A stretch of DNA of 64,000 bases, taken from positions 172-64,171 of the forward strand of contig JALDYL010000007.1 in NCBI GenBank assembly GCA_032153965.1. The letters are read 5' to 3'. Position 1 is the stretch's first letter. The number at the start of each line of letters is the position of its first letter. The DNA comes from Achromobacter sp. GTDB taxonomy: Bacteria > Pseudomonadota > Gammaproteobacteria > Burkholderiales > Burkholderiaceae_B. The position numbers and the translations under genes were made by a program. The notes under the pieces are model-generated. The model saw only the letters and a program-made list of their open reading frames with translations, had not been told where the DNA came from and did not search any database. Shown here in pieces: positions 9,492 through 19,389 of the stretch.

Positions 9492-11036
9492 CTACAGCGC
9501 CATCTCGATCAGGACCGGTCCCGGCTGGCGCAGCGCGGATTCCAGCTGCGTGGCCAGTTCCTCCGATGTCGCGGCGCGGCTGGCCTGCACTCCGTAGCTG
9601 GACGCAAGGCCCACCCAGTCGATGCGCGGGCGGTCCAGCGCGGTCAGTTCGGCGGCGCGCTCGCCCAGCGCGGCGTTGCCGCGGCGCAGCTCGTTGCGCA
9701 GGATGGCGTACTGGTGGTTGGCGGCGATCAGCACCGTGACCGGCAGGTTTTCATGCGCCAGCGACCACAGCGTCTGGATCGTGTATTGGGTGCTGCCGTC
9801 GGACAGCACGGCCACCACGCGGCGCTCCGGGCAGGCGATGGCGGCGCCCATGGCGACGGGCAGGCCCTGGCCGATGGCGCCGCCCGTATTGGTCAGCACC
9901 GTGTGCGGCGCGGCGCCGGCGGACGCGGCATATAGGGGATAGCCACAGGTGCCGCCCTCGACCGAGACGATGGCGTCATCCGGCAAGGCCCGCGCCACCA
10001 CGGCTGCGATGGATTGCGGCGTCAGGGCGCCCGGCGCAGGCTCGGGCAGCGGCGCGGCGGCGGGTTCGAAAGCCGGCGCGTCCGCCAATTCGGCCAACGC
10101 CTCCAGGCGCGAAGCGGCATCCTGGCCGGGCGCCGCCAGTTCCAGCAGACGTTCCGCCGGCACCAGCCGGCTGGGATGGCCGGCATAGCCGAAGTACGTC
10201 ACCGGCGGCAGCGCCCCCACCAGCACCACCAGGTCGGCGGCGTCCAGCGCGGCGCGCGCGGGTTCCGGGAAATACGGCAGCCGGTCGAAGTCCGGCAGGC
10301 CCCGGCCGCGCTCCGATCTGGCGGGGAAGGTCTCGGCATAAGCCTTGCCGCCCAGGGCGGCGCACAGGCGCGCGGCGGCAATCTGCGCGCGCCGTCCCAG
10401 GCCGCTCGCCGGGCCGCCCCCGCCCAGCAGGAACAGCGGCTTTTGCGCGCGGCTCAGGCGCTGCCACGCGGCGGCGGCGTCGAAGGTCTCAGGTTCCGCC
10501 GCGGCCTCGGCGGCCGCCTCCGCGACATCCTGCGCCACGCTTTCCGCCTGGAAGTCGGCGGGAAAGATCAGCGTCGCACCCTGCCCGCCATCAGCCAGGC
10601 TGGCCCGCACGGCGGCGCGCGCGGCGCCCGCCGCATCCTGGGCGGACGCGATGCGTTCCACCCAGCCGGACACGGGACGCGCCAGCGATTCGATATCCGA
10701 AGTCAGGGGCGCATCGCATTCCAGATGCCAGCTGGCGTGGTCGCCGATGATGTTGACGATGGGGGTGCGGGCGCGGCGCGCGTTGTGCAGATTGGCGATG
10801 CCATTGGCGAAGCCTGGTCCCAGATGTAGCAGGGTCGCGGCCGGCTTGCCGTCAAGCCGGCCGTAGCCGTCGGCCGCGCCGGTGCAGACGTTTTCCTGCA
10901 GGCCGACGACGCAGCGCATGCCGCGCACCTCCTCCATCGCACGCACCAGGTCCAGCTCGGTCGTGCCGGGATTGGCGAAACAGACTTCCACGCCCTGCTT
11001 GCGCAGAGCCTCCAGCAAGGCACTAGCTCCGGTCAT
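9492..11036 (-). CDS. ThDP-dependent enzyme (acetolactate synthase large subunit/benzoylformate decarboxylase-like)
   Basis: FANPGTTE, catalytic Glu in LQENVC, GAADGY, (S)DGS-x24-N ThDP motif. Confidence 0.88.
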   Translation of the reverse strand: MTGASALLEALRKQGVEVCFANPGTTELDLVRAMEEVRGMRCVVGLQENVCTGAADGYGRLDGKPAATLLHLGPGFANGIANLHNARRARTPIVNIIGDHASWHLECDAPLTSDIESLARPVSGWVERIASAQDAAGAARAAVRASLADGGQGATLIFPADFQAESVAQDVAEAAAEAAAEPETFDAAAAWQRLSRAQKPLFLLGGGGPASGLGRRAQIAAARLCAALGGKAYAETFPARSERGRGLPDFDRLPYFPEPARAALDAADLVVLVGALPPVTYFGYAGHPSRLVPAERLLELAAPGQDAASRLEALAELADAPAFEPAAAPLPEPAPGALTPQSIAAVVARALPDDAIVSVEGGTCGYPLYAASAGAAPHTVLTNTGGAIGQGLPVAMGAAIACPERRVVAVLSDGSTQYTIQTLWSLAHENLPVTVLIAANHQYAILRNELRRGNAALGERAAELTALDRPRIDWVGLASSYGVQASRAATSEELATQLESALRQPGPVLIEMAL

Positions 11037-11061
11037 GATTACCGCCTCCTTTTTTTGCTAC

Positions 11062-11142
11062 TTTATCGTAATTTGATAAATGTGCAATTTATTTTGGAGG
11101 ATTGATGCCAGACAATTTATTAGAATTATCTATTTGATAGTT
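11062..11142. promoter_or_regulatory. Two related inverted repeats in the AT-rich divergent promoter region; candidate IclR operators
   Basis: TTTATC-N7-GATAAA at 11062-11080 and AATTATC-N5-GATAGTT at 11124-11142. Confidence 0.5.
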
Positions 11143-11255
11143 CCGCTCAGATCTCCTATACGTGCGCGTGCGCGCCTCGCGCGGCGGCGCGATTTGCCAA
11201 TACGCGCCCCTTGGTGCACCCTCGCAGCACGTCAGCCTTCCAACGCCTCACACAC

Positions 11256-12020
11256 ATGAACAGTCTTCGCCGCATGCTCGATGTCCTGGACCTCTTTCAG
11301 CCCGACCGGCCGGTCCTGGACGTCGACGCCATCTGCCAGTTGCAGGGCTACGCGCCCGCCACCGCCTACCGCTACGTGCGCGAACTATGCGCCTGCGGCT
11401 TGCTGGTGCGCCTGCCCGCCGGCTATGCGCTGGGCCCGCGCATCATCGCCCTGGACCTGCAGATGCGTGAGTACGACCCCATGCTGACAGTCAGCCGCGA
11501 CCTGATCGAGGAACTGTCCAGCCAGACCGGGCTGGACGTGCTGCTCAGCGCGCGCTACGACGACAAGGTGATCAACGTGCACCAGCAGGCGGGGCGCAAT
11601 ACCCAGGCCCTGAACTTCGGCCGCGGCCGGCACATGCCGCTTTTGCGCAGCGCGACCGCGCGCGTGATCCTGGCCAATCTGGGGCCGCGCCAGCTGCGCC
11701 GCGTCTACGACGAGCACGCCGATGCGCCCGACATGCAGCGGCTGGGCCAGGACTGGAAGTCCTTTTCCCGCGCCATGCTGCAAGTGCGCAAGGCCGGCTA
11801 TTGCATCTCGTCGGGCGAACTGGATTCCGGCAAGACCGGGATCGCCGCGCCGATCTTCGACGAAGAGAACCATGTGCTGGGCAGCATCACGCTCATCGGC
11901 ATGCAAGACGCCTTCGCGGCCTTCCGCGAGGACTATCTGGCCGGCCTGATCTGCCGCGCCGCCACCGAGATCACGCGCCGCATCGCGCAGGCCCCGGCCA
12001 AGCTGCAGCAAGCCGCCTGA
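11256..12020 (+). CDS. IclR-family transcriptional regulator
   Basis: N-terminal HTH (SLRRMLDVLDLF...ATAYRY), SATARVILA, VRKAGY..S.GE...G..GIAAPIF; ATG 11256. Confidence 0.9.
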   Translation: MNSLRRMLDVLDLFQPDRPVLDVDAICQLQGYAPATAYRYVRELCACGLLVRLPAGYALGPRIIALDLQMREYDPMLTVSRDLIEELSSQTGLDVLLSARYDDKVINVHQQAGRNTQALNFGRGRHMPLLRSATARVILANLGPRQLRRVYDEHADAPDMQRLGQDWKSFSRAMLQVRKAGYCISSGELDSGKTGIAAPIFDEENHVLGSITLIGMQDAFAAFREDYLAGLICRAATEITRRIAQAPAKLQQAA

Positions 12021-12047
12021 TCCGCGTCGCCAGTTCCAGGTTCACGC

Positions 12048-12878
12048 ATGACGCCCGCCATCCGCATCGGTCCTCTCGTCTTTCCCTCGGATCTGCTGGT
12101 CCTCATCGTTGCCGGCGCCGTCGGGCTGCTGGCCGCCCGGCTATTCACTCGCAGGCAGCAGCCGCGGCCCGATACGGGCGCGGTGCTGTGGCGCGCGTTG
12201 ATCATCGGCCTGGTGGTCGCCCGGCTGGGCTTCGTCTGGCAGTACCAGGCCCACTTCATCGAGAATCCGCTCAGGATCCTGGACCTGCGCGATGGCGGCT
12301 GGGCCGGCACGGCAGGACTTGGCGCGGCCTGGCTCTACACGCTGTACGCGGCCTTGCGGCGCCAGGCGCCGCGGCCCGCGCTGCTGGGCGCGCTGGCGCT
12401 GGCCAGCGCGGTCTGGATAGGCGGCGGCCGTTGGCTGGCGCCCGTGCCGCAGGCCCAGCCCGAACTGGCCGCCCTGGCCTTGCGGCAACTGGACGGCGCG
12501 CCGGCGGCGCTCGCGGCCTATCAGGGCAGGCCCACCGTCATCAATCTGTGGGCAAGCTGGTGCCCGCCCTGCCGCCGCGAAATGCCCGCCTTCGCCGCGG
12601 CGCAAGCGGCGCATCCCGATGTGAATTTCGTCTTCCTGAACCAGGCCGAGGCGCCGCCGGACGTCACGGCGTTCCTGGCGCAGCACGCGCCGTCGCTGCG
12701 CAACGTGCTGCTCGATCCCGCAGGCGCGGCCTCGCGCCAGATGAGCAACCGCGGCCTGCCGGCCACGCTGTTCCTGGATGCCCAGGGACGGCTGGTGGAC
12801 CTGCGCGTGGGCGAGCTGTCGGCGGCCTCATTGGCCCAGCGCCTGGAGGCGTTCCAGGCGCCGGCCAGCGGCGATTGA
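12048..12878 (+). CDS. TlpA-family thiol-disulfide oxidoreductase with Lgt-like N-terminal membrane domain
   Basis: INLWASWCPPCRREMP, GLPATLF; N-terminal IGPL...ARLGFV...P..I.D.RDGG. Confidence 0.88.
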   Translation: MTPAIRIGPLVFPSDLLVLIVAGAVGLLAARLFTRRQQPRPDTGAVLWRALIIGLVVARLGFVWQYQAHFIENPLRILDLRDGGWAGTAGLGAAWLYTLYAALRRQAPRPALLGALALASAVWIGGGRWLAPVPQAQPELAALALRQLDGAPAALAAYQGRPTVINLWASWCPPCRREMPAFAAAQAAHPDVNFVFLNQAEAPPDVTAFLAQHAPSLRNVLLDPAGAASRQMSNRGLPATLFLDAQGRLVDLRVGELSAASLAQRLEAFQAPASGD

Positions 12879-12889
12879 TGCCCGGGATT

Positions 12890-13213
12890 TCAGGCCAGCG
12901 GCTCGGCCGCTGCGCGGGCCCAGGGTAAAGGCCGCCCCTGCACGTCGCGCTCGAACAGCCGCAGGCGCTGGCCCACATGCGTGGGAGGTTGTTCCAGCCG
13001 CACGACCAGGACGGGTCCCGCGGGCAACGCCCGGACCGTGGCGACAAGCGCGGCAGGCCCGCCATCCTTGGACGGCAACTCGGTCCATGCCTGCAATTCC
13101 GCATCTTCCATCGCCGCCGGCCGCGCCTGCCCATGGCCGCAAGCCGGGCACCACAGGCGGGCGGGATAGACCAGATGGCCGCAACCGCAGCACTGGCTGA
13201 CGTAGACGCTCAT
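12890..13213 (-). CDS. DUF35 Zn-ribbon/OB-fold protein
   Basis: CxxC...YP.R..CxxC; ATG 13213 overlaps the thiolase stop (ATGA). Confidence 0.82.
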   Translation of the reverse strand: MSVYVSQCCGCGHLVYPARLWCPACGHGQARPAAMEDAELQAWTELPSKDGGPAALVATVRALPAGPVLVVRLEQPPTHVGQRLRLFERDVQGRPLPWARAAAEPLA

Positions 13214-14358
13214 GCTTCCTCCCGTGCCAGCACCGCGGCATTGGCGCACATGCCGTAACGCAGCTGCACCATGCCGTAGCCGGTCGCCACGCCGTGGCGC
13301 GCGTCCCGCACCTGCCTATCTCCCGCCTGCCCCAGCAACTGGCGCACCACTTCGACCAGGCCATGCATGCCGCCGGCCGTGCCCGCCTGCCCGGCGGACA
13401 ACTGGCCGCCCGCGGTATTGACCGGCAAGCCGCGGGTGGCCAGGCGGCGCGCGATGAAGCCCGGCAGATCGTCCACGCGGGCCAAGCCCAGATCGCACAG
13501 CTGCGCCAGCGCCATGGCGGGATAGTCGTCGTAGACGCTGAGCACATCCATATCTTCCGGCCCCAGGCCCGCGCGCTGCCAGAGCGCGGGCGCAAAGGCC
13601 GCGATGCCGGTCTGCAATCCGTCGCCTTCCTGCTGGTCGCCGTTGTAGCGCGCATCGCTGGCCAGCAGCCGCACGCTGATTCCCCGCGCACGCGCGCTCA
13701 GCACCAGGGCGCAAGCGCCGCTCACCACCGGCACGCAATCCAGGCGCCCCAACGGCGGCGCGACCATGGGCGCGGCCAGGTACTGCGCCAGGCTCAAGGG
13801 CTCGCGATACGCCGCGTTGGGGTTGCCGCCCGCCCATAGTCGCTGCGCGACGCACAGCGCGCCATAGTCTTCGCGGGTGAGGCCGGTATGCGCCATCTGC
13901 CGTTGCGTGAGCATGGCGAACAGGGGATTCGGCCCCTCGCAGCCCAAGGGGCTGAGATAGTCCTGCGCGCTGCGGTTGTAGCCCCGCACCAGCCCCGCGA
14001 AATCGGCGCCCGTGAAATGGTCTCCCGCGACCAGCACGATGGTCTCGGCCTGGCCGGCCTGCAACGCCAACCAGGCCTGGCGCAGCAGATTGATGGCGCT
14101 GGCGCCGCCCATCTCGTCCTGCATGCACCAGTTCAGCCGCAGCCCCAAGCGCCACGCCAGATCGATCGCGCGGTCGGGGCGCAGCGTGAATGAAGCCACG
14201 CCCAGTCCGTCCACATCGCCAGGCTCCAACCCTGCGCCGCGCAGCGCCTGGGCGATCGCCTCGGCCATCAGGCCGGCCGTGCTGGTCCCCGGGACGGGAT
14301 GGCGCAACGCGGGCGTTTCGCCCACGCCGACGATGCCCGGGCCGCGCGCCGCGTTCAC
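13210..14358 (-). CDS. Thiolase-fold protein (SCP2-thiolase/Ltp2-like)
   Basis: GIVGVGET, NPNA, DCVPVVSGA, YDDY, VNTAGGQLS; GTG start at 14358 overlaps the MFS stop. Confidence 0.85.
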   Translation of the reverse strand: MNAARGPGIVGVGETPALRHPVPGTSTAGLMAEAIAQALRGAGLEPGDVDGLGVASFTLRPDRAIDLAWRLGLRLNWCMQDEMGGASAINLLRQAWLALQAGQAETIVLVAGDHFTGADFAGLVRGYNRSAQDYLSPLGCEGPNPLFAMLTQRQMAHTGLTREDYGALCVAQRLWAGGNPNAAYREPLSLAQYLAAPMVAPPLGRLDCVPVVSGACALVLSARARGISVRLLASDARYNGDQQEGDGLQTGIAAFAPALWQRAGLGPEDMDVLSVYDDYPAMALAQLCDLGLARVDDLPGFIARRLATRGLPVNTAGGQLSAGQAGTAGGMHGLVEVVRQLLGQAGDRQVRDARHGVATGYGMVQLRYGMCANAAVLAREEA

Positions 14359-15668
14359 GCCGACTCCTGCCGCGGCGGTTCGCGCGTCAGCAGCAAGGTG
14401 ATCACCGTGACGGCGGCCATGCCCACCAGGAACCACGCCACGGGCGTTGCCGATTCATACTTGCGCAACAGCGCCATGGCGATCAGCGGCGACAGGCCGC
14501 CGGCGAATACAGAAGCCAGTTCATGCCCCAGCGCCAGGCCGGTGTAGCGGACCTCTGCGGGAAACAGCTCGGCGAAATACGCCGGCTGGGTGCCTATCAT
14601 GGCGGCGTGGCAGACCGTGTTGCCCAGGAAAAAGGCCAGGAATATCCACACCGGTTCCTTGGTCTGCACCAGCCAGAAGAACGGGAAGGCCACCAGCAGC
14701 AGGCCGGCCGAACCGATCAGGTACACCGTGCGCCGCCCGATGCGGTCTGACAGGTGGCCGAACCAGACCAGCGTGCCAAGCTCGATGAACATCGACACCA
14801 GCACGCCGCCCAGCATGACGTCGTTGGGAATGCCCAGGAACTTGCCATAGGCCAGCGCAAACGCCAGGAAGATGTACGACCCGCCGTTCTCGGCCACGCG
14901 CAGACCCATCGCGGTAAAGACCTGGCGCGGATAGCGGCGGAACACTTCGACTGCCGGCATGCCGCGCTTGGCGGTCTTGGCGGCCTGCACGAATTCATCG
15001 CTTTCCGGGATGTGCTTGCGGATGTAGAGGCCCACGCCGAAGATCAGCACGCTCAAGAGAAACGGCAGGCGCCAGCCCCAGCTCATGAAGGCTTCCTGCG
15101 GCAGCTGCTGTGCCAGCATGAAGACACCCGATGACAGCACGAAGCCGCCCGCCACGCCCAATTGGCTGAAGGACGAGAAGTAGCCGCGGCGCTTGCCCCC
15201 GACCGCCTCGCTGATCAGCAGCACGCCGCCGCCCCACTCTCCGCCGGCCGCCGCGCCTTGCAGGATGCGCAGCACCACCATGGCCGCCGGCGCCCAGAAG
15301 CCGACCTGCTCATAGGTGGGCAACAGTCCGATCAGGAAGGTGGCCGCGCCCATCAGGCCCAGGGTCCATTCCAGCGCCAGCTTGCGGCCGCAGCGGTCGC
15401 CGATATGGCCGAAGATCACGCCGCCCAGCGGCCGCGCCAGGAAGCCCACGGCAAAGCCGGCAAAGGCCCCCATGGTGCCCAGCAGCGGGTCGGTGCCCTT
15501 GGGAAAGAACAGTTCGCCGAACACCAGCGCCGCCGCCGTGCCGTAGATGAAGAAGTCATACCATTCCATCGCATTGCCCGCGACGGACGCCATCACCACG
15601 CGCCGCGTGCGCTTCTTGCGCGCGTCGTCGTCAGCGGTCACCGCCGCCCCCTTGTATGCCATCGTCAT
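14355..15668 (-). CDS. MFS transporter, metabolite:H+ symporter (ShiA-like)
   Basis: GNAMEWYDF, RPLGG.IFGHIGDR.GRK, GGEWGG, WGWRLPF. Confidence 0.92.
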   Translation of the reverse strand: MTMAYKGAAVTADDDARKKRTRRVVMASVAGNAMEWYDFFIYGTAAALVFGELFFPKGTDPLLGTMGAFAGFAVGFLARPLGGVIFGHIGDRCGRKLALEWTLGLMGAATFLIGLLPTYEQVGFWAPAAMVVLRILQGAAAGGEWGGGVLLISEAVGGKRRGYFSSFSQLGVAGGFVLSSGVFMLAQQLPQEAFMSWGWRLPFLLSVLIFGVGLYIRKHIPESDEFVQAAKTAKRGMPAVEVFRRYPRQVFTAMGLRVAENGGSYIFLAFALAYGKFLGIPNDVMLGGVLVSMFIELGTLVWFGHLSDRIGRRTVYLIGSAGLLLVAFPFFWLVQTKEPVWIFLAFFLGNTVCHAAMIGTQPAYFAELFPAEVRYTGLALGHELASVFAGGLSPLIAMALLRKYESATPVAWFLVGMAAVTVITLLLTREPPRQESA

Positions 15669-15704
15669 TGCCGCCCCTAGTCTGTTTGAATGGAACCACG
15701 GCGC

Positions 15705-17270
15705 TCAGCGCGCCACGCGATAGCCGGCGGCGTCCCGGTCCCAGGCGTCGCCGGTGATGCCCTCATCCCGCAAGTGGAACTTGCGGATCTTGCCGTTCTC
15801 GGTGCGCGGCAGATCGTCCAGCACGCGCAGATAGCGCGGCACGGCGAAATACGGCATGCGCGGCTGGCAGAAATCCAGCAGCGCCTCGGGCGCAATGGCC
15901 TGCCCGGCCTTGTAGACCAGCGCCGCCATGACTTCGTCCTCGGCCAGTTCGGAACGCACCGCATAGACCGCTGCGCTGGCCACCGAGGGATGCGCCAGCA
16001 GCACCTGCTCCACCTCGTAGGAGGAAATGTTCTCGCCGCGCCGGCGGATCGCGTCCTTCATGCGGTCCAGGAAACGGAAGTAGCCGTCCGCATCGCGCAC
16101 CACCCGGTCTCCCGTGTGGAACCACAGGTTGCGCCAGGCTTGCACCGTCTTGTCGTCCATGCCGAAATAGCCGGTGGCGATGGCGTATGGCGTGTGCGCG
16201 CGCAGCAGCAGTTCGCCGGGCGTGCCGTCGGGCACCGCCGCATCGTGTTCGTCGGCCGCCATCGCGTCGAATTCAGGCGCGGCGCGGCCCATCGTGCCGG
16301 GGCGCTGTTCGGCCAATGTGCCGCCCAGCGCGAAATTGGTTTCGGTGGAGCCGTAGCCTTCCAGCAGCGCAATGCCGGTGCGTTCGGCGAACGCCGCATG
16401 GAAGCGTTCCGGAACTCCCGGCGCCAGCGCGATGCGCGCGCGGTGGCGCCGCTCGGCCGCGGCAGGCGCTTGCGCCAGCAACATCGGCACCATGGCGCCT
16501 AGCAGATAGGTCACCGTGGCGCCCGTGGCCTCAAGGCGGTCGAAATAGCGGCTGGCAGAGAAACGCTCGTCGCAGATGATGGTCGCGCCCGTGACCAGCG
16601 CCTGGAAGCAGGCGTTCAGGGCATTGGTATGGAACAGCGGCAGGCTCGTGTAGAGCACGTCGCTCGCGCCGATTTCCAGGTTGCGCGCGGCGATCCTGCC
16701 CCACCAGTAGAACTGCGCGTGCGGACAGCACACGCCCTTGGACAGGCCGGACGTGCCCGAGGTGTAAAGGATCGCCAGCGTATCTCCCGGACCGATGTCG
16801 GCCGCCGGCGGCAGCGGCGTATCCGGCACGGGAGGCGGCGGACACGCATGCAGCGGCAGCGCGTCGGCATTGCCGTCCAGCAGCCAGATGCGGTTCAAGG
16901 CCAGAGACTGCAGGTCCAGCGCAGCCAGCGCCGGACAGGACGCGGCGTCGGCCACCAGCAAGCGGCAACCGCTGTTGGCCAGGATGTGCTGCAGCTGCAT
17001 GCCGCGCGACGCCGTGTTGATGGGCACCACCACCGCGCCCAGCCAGCCGCAGCCCAGCACGACGGACAGGAATTCATGGCGGTTGCCGGCCATCAACCCG
17101 ACCCGGTCGCCCCGGGCGACGCCGGCCGCGGCCAGGCGCCAAGCCCAGGCCGCCGCATGTCCGGGAGCGTCGCCATACCGTAGCGCGCCGCCCGGCGCCT
17201 GCACCCAGGTGCGCTCGCCCCAGCGGGCGCCCTGCTCCAGCAACAACGACGGCAGTGTCAACGCATGCAT
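15705..17270 (-). CDS. ATP-dependent acyl-CoA ligase (CaiC-like)
   Basis: YTSGTSGLSKG, EGYGSTE, WFHTGD, RRRGENISS, PRTENGK. Confidence 0.92.
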   Translation of the reverse strand: MHALTLPSLLLEQGARWGERTWVQAPGGALRYGDAPGHAAAWAWRLAAAGVARGDRVGLMAGNRHEFLSVVLGCGWLGAVVVPINTASRGMQLQHILANSGCRLLVADAASCPALAALDLQSLALNRIWLLDGNADALPLHACPPPPVPDTPLPPAADIGPGDTLAILYTSGTSGLSKGVCCPHAQFYWWGRIAARNLEIGASDVLYTSLPLFHTNALNACFQALVTGATIICDERFSASRYFDRLEATGATVTYLLGAMVPMLLAQAPAAAERRHRARIALAPGVPERFHAAFAERTGIALLEGYGSTETNFALGGTLAEQRPGTMGRAAPEFDAMAADEHDAAVPDGTPGELLLRAHTPYAIATGYFGMDDKTVQAWRNLWFHTGDRVVRDADGYFRFLDRMKDAIRRRGENISSYEVEQVLLAHPSVASAAVYAVRSELAEDEVMAALVYKAGQAIAPEALLDFCQPRMPYFAVPRYLRVLDDLPRTENGKIRKFHLRDEGITGDAWDRDAAGYRVAR

Positions 17271-17377
17271 GGCGGTGCTTCCCCTGTGTTGCGGCCATTG
17301 GCAAGCGTTGCCCTAGCCCTTTGAAATTAGTCTAGGAATCAACTATTTATATGTCAAATTTATGGCTATTATTTATC

Positions 17378-17398
17378 TTATAAATCAGGCTGATATAA
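17378..17398. promoter_or_regulatory. Candidate LysR recognition site between the divergent ligase and regulator
   Basis: TTATAAATCAGGCTGATATAA with inner palindrome ATCAG-G-CTGAT in an AT-rich intergenic region. Confidence 0.5.
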
Positions 17399-17407
17399 GG
17401 GGCGTGC

Positions 17408-18307
17408 ATGGACTTCGACCTGAACCTCATGCGGGTTTTCCTGACCGTGCTGCACGAGCGCAGCGTCACGCGCGCGGCGCAGCGCCTGAACCTGACGCAG
17501 CCCGCCGTGAGCTACGCGCTGGCGCGCCTGCGCGAAAAATTTGACGATCCCTTGTTTGCGCGCACGGCCTCCGGCATGCAGCCCACGCCGGTCGCCTTTG
17601 CCCTGGCCGAACCCATAGAGCGCGGCATGAACAGCTTCGCGGAAGCCGTCAATCTGCGACAGCGCTTCGAGCCGACCAGCAGCACGCGGCGCTTTCGCCT
17701 GTCCATGTCCGATATCGGTGAAATGGTGTTCCTGCCGTCGCTGATGGAACGCGTGCACGCCCTGGCGCCGCGCCTGCAGGTGGAAGTGCTTGAGATTCCG
17801 TTGGAACGGCTACCGCAGGCGCTCAAGGACGGCGAGGTCGATCTCGCCATCGGCAACCTGGCCGGGCTGGGCAACGAAACCTGCCACGCGGAACTGTTCA
17901 GCGAACGCTACACCTGCATGGGCAGGCGCGGCCATCCGGTGTTGTCGGCGGGCCTCACGCGCAGCCAGTACAAGCGCCTGGACCACATCCTGGTGGCCTC
18001 GCGCGCCAGCGCCCACCGTTTGCTGGACGATGTGCTGAGCGAAGCCGGCCTGCCGCGCAGGCCGTATCTGACCTTGCCGCATTTCTCGGCTGCGGCCGAG
18101 ATCGTGCGGCGCACCGATCTCACCATGACGCTGCCGCTGCGGGCCGCGATCTGGTTCAACCACGACGACGCGTTTCAGATACGCCCGCTGCCCATCGCGC
18201 TGCCGCCCCTGTCCGTGACGGTGCATTGGCACGCCCGCTTCGAAAGCGACCCGGGCACCGTCTGGCTGCGGCGCCTGGTGGTGGAGACGCTGGCGGACCC
18301 GGCCTGA
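17408..18307 (+). CDS. LysR-family regulator (NahR/DntR-like)
   Basis: DLNLMRVF...ERSVTRAA..L.LTQPAVS.AL.RLR..FDDPLF. Confidence 0.93.
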   Translation: MDFDLNLMRVFLTVLHERSVTRAAQRLNLTQPAVSYALARLREKFDDPLFARTASGMQPTPVAFALAEPIERGMNSFAEAVNLRQRFEPTSSTRRFRLSMSDIGEMVFLPSLMERVHALAPRLQVEVLEIPLERLPQALKDGEVDLAIGNLAGLGNETCHAELFSERYTCMGRRGHPVLSAGLTRSQYKRLDHILVASRASAHRLLDDVLSEAGLPRRPYLTLPHFSAAAEIVRRTDLTMTLPLRAAIWFNHDDAFQIRPLPIALPPLSVTVHWHARFESDPGTVWLRRLVVETLADPA

Positions 18308-18326
18308 GCCCGCGCAGGCACGGCAC

Positions 18327-19259
18327 TTACCGCATCGCGGCCAGCATCAGATCCAGGTTCTGCACCGCCGCGCCCGATGCGCCCTTGCCCAGGTTGTCGA
18401 ACACCGCCGTCAACAGCACCTGTCCCTCCCGCGCATTGCCATAGACGGCCAGGCGCAGGTCGTTGGTGCCGTTGAGCGCCTGCGGATCCAGGTGCGTATG
18501 GGCGGCCGCGTCCTGCGGCGCCACGACCTGCACATGCCGCGCGCCCTCGTAATGTTGCTGCAGGCAGGCGTGCAGGCGTTCCATGTCCACGCCTGCCGGC
18601 AGCAGGCGCAGCAGCAGCGGCACGGTCAGGACGATGCCCTGGCGATAGGCGCCATAGGCCGGCACGAACACCGGCCGCTGCGTCAGGCCCGCATGCCGTT
18701 CGATCTCGGGCGTGTGCTTGTGCGCCAGGCCCAGGCCGTAGAGCTGGAACGCCGGCCCCGGCGCGCCGTCCGCGGCTTCGTAGGCGTCCACCGCCGCTCG
18801 CCCGCCGCCCGAATAGCCGGATACCGCGTGCACCGCCACCGGATAGTCGGCCGGCACCAGCCCGGCCCGCACCAGTGGGCCCAGCAAGGCGACCGCGCCC
18901 GTCGGATAGCAACCGGGGTTGCTGACGCGCCGCGCCTGGGCGATCAGCCCGGCCTGTTCCGCGTTCATTTCCGGAAAGCCATAAACCCAGCCCGGCGTCG
19001 TGCGGTGGGCGGAGCTGGCGTCTATCACCCGGACCGCGGGATTGACGATGGAAGCGGCGGCCTGGCGCGCCGGCTCATCGGGCAAGCAAAGGATGGCGAT
19101 ATCGCAGCCATTGATCGCCTGCGCGCGGCGCTGCGGGTCCTTGCGTTCGGCCTCGGGCAGCGTCAGCAGCCGCAGATCCGTGCGCCCGTGCAGGCGTTCG
19201 TGGATCTGCAGGCCGGTGGTGCCCTGGTCGCCGTCGATGAAAACTAGAGGTTGGGTCAT
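18327..19259 (-). CDS. argC: N-acetyl-gamma-glutamyl-phosphate reductase (type 2)
   Basis: [50 protein letters not shown]; ATG 19259. Confidence 0.93.
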   Translation of the reverse strand: MTQPLVFIDGDQGTTGLQIHERLHGRTDLRLLTLPEAERKDPQRRAQAINGCDIAILCLPDEPARQAAASIVNPAVRVIDASSAHRTTPGWVYGFPEMNAEQAGLIAQARRVSNPGCYPTGAVALLGPLVRAGLVPADYPVAVHAVSGYSGGGRAAVDAYEAADGAPGPAFQLYGLGLAHKHTPEIERHAGLTQRPVFVPAYGAYRQGIVLTVPLLLRLLPAGVDMERLHACLQQHYEGARHVQVVAPQDAAAHTHLDPQALNGTNDLRLAVYGNAREGQVLLTAVFDNLGKGASGAAVQNLDLMLAAMR

Positions 19260-19364
19260 GGCGCTTGCGTCCTGGATCAAAGGGGCGCCGGACGGTTCCG
19301 GGCGCAGGACTCCATCATCGGCCTGGATGCTGGATAACAAAAGTCGAATATTATGACTATCCAA

Positions 19365-19379
19365 TTCAGTTTTCCTGAA
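19365..19379. promoter_or_regulatory. LysR T-N11-A box between argC and its divergent regulator
   Basis: TTCAG-N5-CTGAA perfect inverted repeat. Confidence 0.55.
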
Positions 19380-19389
19380 CGACACCGCC

